The notes beneath the pieces are model-generated. The model was not told the origin of the DNA. It worked only from the letters and a program-made list of their open reading frames with translations, and made no database searches. Below are positions 6,157 through 11,072 of a stretch of DNA of 11,072 bases, one piece after another (position 1 is the first letter of the stretch; each line of letters starts with the position of its first letter). The position numbers were made by a program, and so were the translations under genes. The stretch comes from Planctomycetales bacterium (GTDB taxonomy: Bacteria; 4484-113). The DNA lies in NCBI GenBank assembly GCA_037445915.1, contig JBBIJQ010000053.1, positions 1 through 11,072 of the forward strand. Reading direction: 5' to 3'.

Positions 6157-6185
6157 CGGCGGGGCACAGGTCCCCGCCCTTCAGC
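6157..6185 (-). repeat. Right GAAG-type REP / inverted repeat of the RAYT cassette, 4 nt downstream of the rnpB 3' end
   Basis: CGGCGGGGCACAGGTCCCCGCCCTTCAGC, exact reverse complement of 5551-5579. Confidence 0.9.
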
Positions 6186-6189
6186 AGAG

Positions 6190-6573
6190 CGCGGGGGGCG
6201 GTAAGCCGGGTTCTGTCGGGGGCGGCCATTTCTCTAGCCATGCGGTCTCCCGCATAGTCTTGCGGCATCAAACGGAACCGGCGGGCCGCCGGTATGCCAC
6301 GCAAGCGCGGCATCTCCGCCTGCCTTGCACCGGGCGGGTTTGCCCACCCGGGAACCTTGCGGCCCCGGACGTGCGCTCTTACCGCGCGGTTTCACCCTTG
6401 CCGGAGGACTCAACCGAGATTTCGGAGGCTTGCGCTTCCGAGCTTCCGGCGGTTCTTTTCTGTGGCGCGTTCCATACGGTTGCCCGTTCTGGGAGTTGCC
6501 CAGCGCCCTGCCCTGCGGTGCCCGGACTTTCCTCATCACGCCGAGGCGTGACGCGGCCGCCAAGCCCCCCGCG
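6190..6573 (-). ncRNA. rnpB: RNase P RNA, bacterial type A (about 384 nt)
   Basis: - strand has GAGGAAAGTCCGGGC, GCCACAGAAA, AAGGGTGAAAC.G.GCGGTAAGAGC, GGCAAACCC...GCAAG, CTAGAGAAATG and ACAGAACCCGGCTTA. P1 is formed by CGCGGGGGGC (6573-6564) and GCCCCCCGCG (6199-6190). Confidence 0.97.
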
Positions 6574-6578
6574 GAAAT

Positions 6579-6584
6579 ATCATA
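6579..6584 (-). promoter_or_regulatory. -10 box of rnpB
   Basis: - strand TATGAT 5 nt upstream of the P1 5' strand. Confidence 0.55.
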
Positions 6585-6634
6585 CCCGAAATGACGCTAC
6601 GCACGAAAACGGTGCTCAAAAGGAATGTAACGGC

Positions 6635-6643
6635 TGCTATAAT
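6635..6643 (+). promoter_or_regulatory. Extended -10 promoter of the ABC exporter operon (likely leaderless)
   Basis: TG-C-TATAAT, 5 nt before GTG 6649 and 8 nt before ATG 6652, with no convincing SD. Confidence 0.6.
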
Positions 6644-6651
6644 CCCAGGTG

Positions 6652-7797
6652 ATGAAGGCAAAATTCGGTGGGAAGGCGACCTGCATCGCAACTACACTGG
6701 CGATACCCCTTATGCTGGCAATTTGCATCCTCGCGCTTTCGTGCGCGCAGAAGCCGGTGGAGCTTTCGGGCATCGTGCGCGCGCGCGAATACCGCCTGTC
6801 GTCGCGGCTCGGTGGCAAGGTGGCGCAGGAGATGGCTCAGGAAGGCGGCGAGATGAAGGCGGGCGAACCCCTCGCGCGCATTGATGATTCAGTGCTCAAG
6901 GCGCAGCGTGAGGTGCTGGTGCAGGGGGCGAAGGCCGCATGGGCTACATACAACGACTTGAAGGCAGGCGCAACGCCGGAACAGCTTCGCCAGGCGCGCG
7001 CGGAGCTTGCGGGCGCGGAGGCGCAGTATTCACAGGCGCTAAAGGGATTTCGCAGCGAGGACGTCCGCGCCGCGGTGGAGCAGCGCGATGCGCTGGCTGC
7101 GAACTACGAGAACGCAATGAAGAACGCCGGGCGGCTGGAGAACCTTTTCGCAGAAGGCGTGGTTTCCGCGAAAGACCGCGATGCTGCGGTGGCGGCGCGC
7201 GATGCGCTGAAGTCGCAGGTGGCGGCTGCGCAGGCGAACGTGGACAAGCTCACGCGAGGCCTGCGCCCTGAGGAAATTGCGGCGGCGAAGGCGGCGGCGG
7301 ATGCGCGGCAGGCGGTTTTGGACAAGCTCAAGGCGGGCGCGACGGTGAACCAGCTTGCATCAGCCGAGGCGAAGGCGCGCCAGCTTGATGCGCAGCTAGC
7401 CGCGCTTGATTTGGACATAAGCGACTTGACCATTACCGCGCCGACGGGCGGGATGCTGGAGGAATACCTCCTTGACCCCGGCGAAGTTGCCACGCCCGGC
7501 CAGGCGCTGGCGACGTTCGTGAGCAGCGAAGACGTGTGGATAGACACCTTCGTCCCTGAATCAATGCTTAGCAAGGCGCAGCAGGGCGCGAAGATGCGCG
7601 TGGTGCTGGACGCGTTCCCCGACAAGCCCTTTGACGCGGACATATATTTCGTGAGCCGCGAAGCGGAGTTCACGCCGCGCAACGTTAGCACGCCGGAAGA
7701 ACGCGTGAACCAGGTTTACCGCGTGAAGCTGCGCGTGCAAAGTGCGCCGGTGCCGTTGCGCTCAGGCATGACCGCAAAGGTTATGTTCACCGGCTGA
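6652..7797 (+). CDS. HlyD-family periplasmic adaptor / membrane fusion protein (YbhG-like)
   Basis: N-terminal hydrophobic anchor ending LALSC, lipoyl-like SSRLGGKV...EG..MKAGEPLARID, long Ala-rich coiled coil, ITAPTGG, and EAEFTPRNVSTPEERVNQVYRVK. Start may be GTG 6649. Confidence 0.92.
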   Translation: MKAKFGGKATCIATTLAIPLMLAICILALSCAQKPVELSGIVRAREYRLSSRLGGKVAQEMAQEGGEMKAGEPLARIDDSVLKAQREVLVQGAKAAWATYNDLKAGATPEQLRQARAELAGAEAQYSQALKGFRSEDVRAAVEQRDALAANYENAMKNAGRLENLFAEGVVSAKDRDAAVAARDALKSQVAAAQANVDKLTRGLRPEEIAAAKAAADARQAVLDKLKAGATVNQLASAEAKARQLDAQLAALDLDISDLTITAPTGGMLEEYLLDPGEVATPGQALATFVSSEDVWIDTFVPESMLSKAQQGAKMRVVLDAFPDKPFDADIYFVSREAEFTPRNVSTPEERVNQVYRVKLRVQSAPVPLRSGMTAKVMFTG

Positions 7798-8747
7798 TGT
7801 GCCCCGAGACGACAATCGTCGTTGACAATGTGACCAAGACCTTCGGCCACATCACTGCGCTCAAGGACGTTTCGTTCACAGTGCAGCAAGGCGACATCTT
7901 CGGCTTCCTCGGACCCAACGGCAGCGGCAAGTCCACGCTTATCCGTGTTCTTTGCGGCATGCTCAAGCTAAACGGTGGGCGCGCCAGCGTGCTTGGCTTT
8001 GATTGCGAGCGCGAAACCGAAGAAGTGAAGCGCCGCATCGGCTACATGCCGCAGCGATTCGCGCTTTACCCCGACTTGACAGTGCGCGAGAACATGGAAC
8101 TTTACGGCAGCCTCTACGGCCTGAAGCGCGATGAGCTGCGTACGCGCATTGAAAAAGTCGGCAGTTGGCTGGAGCTATTGCAGTTTTCGCGCCAGCTTTC
8201 GGGCACGCTCTCCGGCGGCTGGAAGCAGCGCCTGTCGCTTGCCTGTTCGCTGCTCCACGACCCGCAGGTCATATTCCTTGACGAGCCGACATCGGGCGTT
8301 GACCCTGTCGCGCGCGCGGAGCTTTGGACGATACTGCTTGAGCTTGCCGCGCAGGGCAAGACGCTTTTCATCACAACGCATTATATGGACGAGGCCGGGC
8401 GCTGCAACCGGCTAGGTTACGTATATTTTTCACGCCTGCTTGCGCTGGGCACAGCCGAAGAGCTGACGCACTTGCCGGTCGTCACGCCGCCTGACACGCG
8501 CTGGATTGAATTCGTGTATCCGTCGGCCGCGCAAGAGCTAAGCTTCCTGCTGAAGCTGCCGCATGTGCGCAAGGGCACGGTTTTCGGCAACAATGCCCAC
8601 CTGCTTGTTGACGCAAACACGGAAAGAGTCGAGCTGGAGCACATATTCAGCAAGGCTGCCGGAACGCCCATCAATGTAATGGACGCGCGCGCCACGCTGG
8701 AAGACGTGTTTGTCGCGCTGACGAAGGAGCGTGACAGCGGTGTTTAG
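7797..8747 (+). CDS. ABC transporter ATP-binding protein (ABC-2/YbhF-like, single NBD)
   Basis: Walker A GPNGSGKST, Q-loop GYMPQ, signature LSGGW, Walker B IFLDEPT, H-loop TTHYMDEA. Coupled to the upstream gene by a TGATG overlap. Confidence 0.96.
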   Translation: MCPETTIVVDNVTKTFGHITALKDVSFTVQQGDIFGFLGPNGSGKSTLIRVLCGMLKLNGGRASVLGFDCERETEEVKRRIGYMPQRFALYPDLTVRENMELYGSLYGLKRDELRTRIEKVGSWLELLQFSRQLSGTLSGGWKQRLSLACSLLHDPQVIFLDEPTSGVDPVARAELWTILLELAAQGKTLFITTHYMDEAGRCNRLGYVYFSRLLALGTAEELTHLPVVTPPDTRWIEFVYPSAAQELSFLLKLPHVRKGTVFGNNAHLLVDANTERVELEHIFSKAAGTPINVMDARATLEDVFVALTKERDSGV

Positions 8748-9858
8748 GGGCTTGCTGCCAATGGCGCTCAAAGAAACGCGGCAGCTACTGCGCGATCGGG
8801 CGACGCTGCGGATGATACTAATGCTGCCGGTGCTGCAACTGGTCATCCTCGGCTACGCTATCAGCACCGACGTGACGAACGTCAGCGCCGTCGTGACCGA
8901 CCTATCGCTCAATGAAAGCAGCCGCGAGATGGTGCAGATGCTGGAGAACACCGGCGTTTTCCGCCTGCGCGCGTCGCAGCTTTCCTACGACGATGCTTAC
9001 CAGGCAATCGTTGACGGCCACGCCAAGGTTGCGTTCCTCATCCCGCCGGGCTTTTCTCCCGACGCCGCCAGCGATTACAGCCGCACGATGCAGGTGCTTG
9101 TTGACGGCAGCGACTCCACGACCGCCAACTACGTCATGAGCACCGTCGCAAACACTACGCGAATGCTGTCGGCCCGCTTTTTGCTGCAAAGCGGGCGCAT
9201 ACAGCCTCAAATGCCTTCTGTCGAAGCAAAGACGCGCATACTCTTTAATCCACGCTTGAGTTCGTCCAATTTCTTTGTGCCCGGGCTGCTAGTACTCATT
9301 CTCTACATGCCGTTGGTGCTACTCACGGCGCTGTCAGTAGTGCGCGAGCGCGTGGAGGGAACCCTGGAGCAGCTTATAGTGACGCCTATTTCCCGCCTGG
9401 GGCTAATCCTCGGCAAGCTGCTGCCTATGTTCGCGCTAGGCGCGATTGGCGGCATAGGCGTGATAGTTGTGATGGTATATGTCTTTGAGGTTCCATTGCG
9501 CGGCAGCCTCGCCTTGTTAACGGTTATGATGCTCATCTGGGTTTTCGGCTCGCTTGCGCAGGGGCTGATGGTTTCGTCGTTTGCGCAGACGCAGCTTCAG
9601 GCGGTGATGATATCAATCCTTTCCATCGTCCCGCAGATAATGCTTTCCGGCTTTATGTTCCCCCGCGAGTCTATGCCGACCATCATCTATCCTATAACCT
9701 ACTTGCTCCCGATGACTTATGCGCTAATTGTCGTGCGCGGAATCGTTATCCGTGGCAGCGACTTTTTTGTCTTGCTCCCGGAGATAACCGCGATGGTGGT
9801 TTACGCCTTCGGCCTCATCATCCTAGCCGCCCTCCGCTTCCGCAAGCGGCTAGGGTAA
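8731..9858 (+). CDS. ABC-2 type transporter permease (YbhR/YbhS-like)
   Basis: KE.RQL.RD N-terminus, periplasmic domain with VDGSD, FNP.L.S..F.VPGL, VRERVEGTLEQLIVTP, LSGFMFPRESMP and a C-terminal RFRKRL. Confidence 0.94.
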   Translation: MTAVFRGLLPMALKETRQLLRDRATLRMILMLPVLQLVILGYAISTDVTNVSAVVTDLSLNESSREMVQMLENTGVFRLRASQLSYDDAYQAIVDGHAKVAFLIPPGFSPDAASDYSRTMQVLVDGSDSTTANYVMSTVANTTRMLSARFLLQSGRIQPQMPSVEAKTRILFNPRLSSSNFFVPGLLVLILYMPLVLLTALSVVRERVEGTLEQLIVTPISRLGLILGKLLPMFALGAIGGIGVIVVMVYVFEVPLRGSLALLTVMMLIWVFGSLAQGLMVSSFAQTQLQAVMISILSIVPQIMLSGFMFPRESMPTIIYPITYLLPMTYALIVVRGIVIRGSDFFVLLPEITAMVVYAFGLIILAALRFRKRLG

Positions 9859-9868
9859 CGCCCAATTC

Positions 9869-10165
9869 TCACGGCCGGTTGAGTAGGTCAACAATTACCA
9901 TTTGAATTGCGCTGTACCCATTCTCCACAATAGGCGCGCTATAGGCAATGTCGATGTAGCCGTTGTCTAGAACCATATCTACATTAGATCTGGTCGTGCT
10001 CGTGTAATCAGCGATTGGACTTGGGAGCTCAATCCAAAGTTTGGTTAACGGATTCCTAAACTTAAGCTAAATCGTTCGGTTCGTGCCGTTTTGAAGCTCA
10101 TAGACAGCGCAGCCGGCGACAAGAATGCACGTGAGCAATACAAAGAGTACAGTTGTTCTTAGCAT
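9869..10165 (-). pseudogene. Small putative lipoprotein (98 codons) with an in-frame TAG at codon 33; absent from the ORF track
   Basis: SD GGAGG (10176-10172), ATG 10165, then MLRTTVLFVLLTCILVAG-CAVYELQNGTNRTI*LKFRNPLTKLWIELPSPIADYTSTTRSNVDMVLDNGYIDIAYSAPIVENGYSAIQMVIVDLLNRP*. Lipobox VAGC; the frame stays open for 65 codons after the TAG at 10069-10067. Confidence 0.6.
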
Positions 10166-10195
10166 TTTCTTCCTCCCGTAACAATGTAATTATCC

Positions 10196-11071
10196 CTATT
10201 CAAGGAAGTTCTTCATCAGGATTAAGTCCCCATTATCAGAACCGTGCGTATAGTTATCGATGTTTCCGTCGGGTGTGCTGGCTTCAATATCCAGCACCAT
10301 TATCTGCTCGTTCCAATCGCCGTCCTCGCCTAGTGCTTCTACTGCGTTGCTTTCTAGTTCTGTCCCATTTACTTGAGAGCCGGCAGACCACCCCCAAGGT
10401 CGACCAGCTACAGTAGCAAGCATATAAGCGTCGCTGTTAGAATTGAATCCCACGACACTACCGCTTAGCATCTCCGCCTCATGTAGCGAACCGGATTCAG
10501 CGTTGGCATCTAGTATTAAAATCGATCCATTTAGCCAATATCCGCTGATTGCAAAGTACCAGGATGTATTGCTTCTCGCTAATGAGATAGTAGGGAATGG
10601 GCTATTCGTTACTTGAAATAGCGTAGTGCGCGTGACGGTGCCACGAGCGTCAAGTCTAAGTAGAAGGGCATTTCCCTGTTCAAGATTGTAGCTTTCCGTA
10701 TAGCCTGCAACCAAGACATCTCCATCGTCAAGCGGTTCTAAGTCTCCGAAAAGGTCATTTCCCTGTCCGCCCCATTGCCGCGCCCACTGGAAATCTAGGC
10801 TGGAGTTATATCGCGCAATAAACCCATCTCTATTTGAAGTAGATAATCGCACTCCTGCAATGTATAGCGCTCCATCGTCAGCTAATCTGGCCCGATTAAC
10901 AGCTATGAAACCATTTTGCCGCCAGGCTTCCTGCTGGAGCATGTTCCCGTCGCTATCAAGCCTAAGAACGAAAAGGTCGTCTGGAGCATATGCGTTTTCT
11001 TCCCTCTGTCCTGTTACATAACATCCGCCGCTTGGGATTGCCGCGATAGCCCCGCCTTCCGTTCTCCATGC
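10196..11071 (-). CDS. Beta-propeller-like (SBBP-type repeat) hypothetical protein, 5'-partial
   Basis: The frame is open from the window edge (AWRTEGGAIAAIPSGGCYVTGQ...DDLFVLRLDSDGN, then the 248-aa ORF). Repeated blade motifs: G..Y..G...D.F.L...S.G...W...WGG.G.D. Confidence 0.75.
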   Translation of the reverse strand, partial: AWRTEGGAIAAIPSGGCYVTGQREENAYAPDDLFVLRLDSDGNMLQQEAWRQNGFIAVNRARLADDGALYIAGVRLSTSNRDGFIARYNSSLDFQWARQWGGQGNDLFGDLEPLDDGDVLVAGYTESYNLEQGNALLLRLDARGTVTRTTLFQVTNSPFPTISLARSNTSWYFAISGYWLNGSILILDANAESGSLHEAEMLSGSVVGFNSNSDAYMLATVAGRPWGWSAGSQVNGTELESNAVEALGEDGDWNEQIMVLDIEASTPDGNIDNYTHGSDNGDLILMKNFLE

Positions 11072-11072
11072 C

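Larger units (their letters stand above)
5551..6185 (-). mobile_element. RAYT (TnpA-REP) cassette bounded by 29-bp perfect inverted REP repeats, 635 bp
   Basis: GCTGAAGGGCGGGGACCTGTGCCCCGCCG at 5551-5579 and its exact reverse complement at 6157-6185 enclose one HUH-Y1 transposase gene. The interior is visibly more AT-rich than the flanks. Confidence 0.8.

Noticed and set aside
6038-6652. ORFs overlapping rnpB (6038..6313, 6234..6563, 6260..6652, 6294..6551, 6325..6594)
   Set aside because: The region is fully explained by the RNase P RNA, and the translations are low-complexity and Arg/Pro/Ala-rich.
98-10198. Genome-wide TAG reassignment (alternative genetic code)
   Set aside because: TAG ends five genes at plausible C-termini (392-394, 828-830, 5485-5487, 8745-8747, 10196-10198), and none of the long conserved genes has an internal TAG.

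Overview
GC-rich bacterial chromosomal window. Left to right: a 5'-truncated DUF3795-like Cys-rich gene with an in-frame TAG; a ~400-bp intergenic cluster of nested, inverted REP-like hairpin pairs; a CPA2 Na+/H+ antiporter (-) divergent from a GT4 glycosyltransferase (+); yebC-ruvC-ruvA with no ruvB after it; a REP-associated tyrosine transposase (RAYT, HUH-Y1) bracketed by perfect 29-bp inverted REPs; the RNase P RNA gene rnpB (-); a divergent HlyD/ABC ATPase/ABC-2 permease operon; and an AT-richer end carrying an unannotated small lipoprotein ORF (also interrupted by an in-frame TAG) and a partial beta-propeller-like gene. The main point of interest is the REP/RAYT system. Its REPs have several different 5' tetranucleotides (GTAG, GTAC, GAAG, GGAG, possibly GTGG) and are nested inside one another. 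They share a 3' tail motif, one carries a 19-nt mini-hairpin insertion, and the RAYT is packaged like a transposon directly after rnpB. All calls come from reading motifs by eye; no database searches were run.
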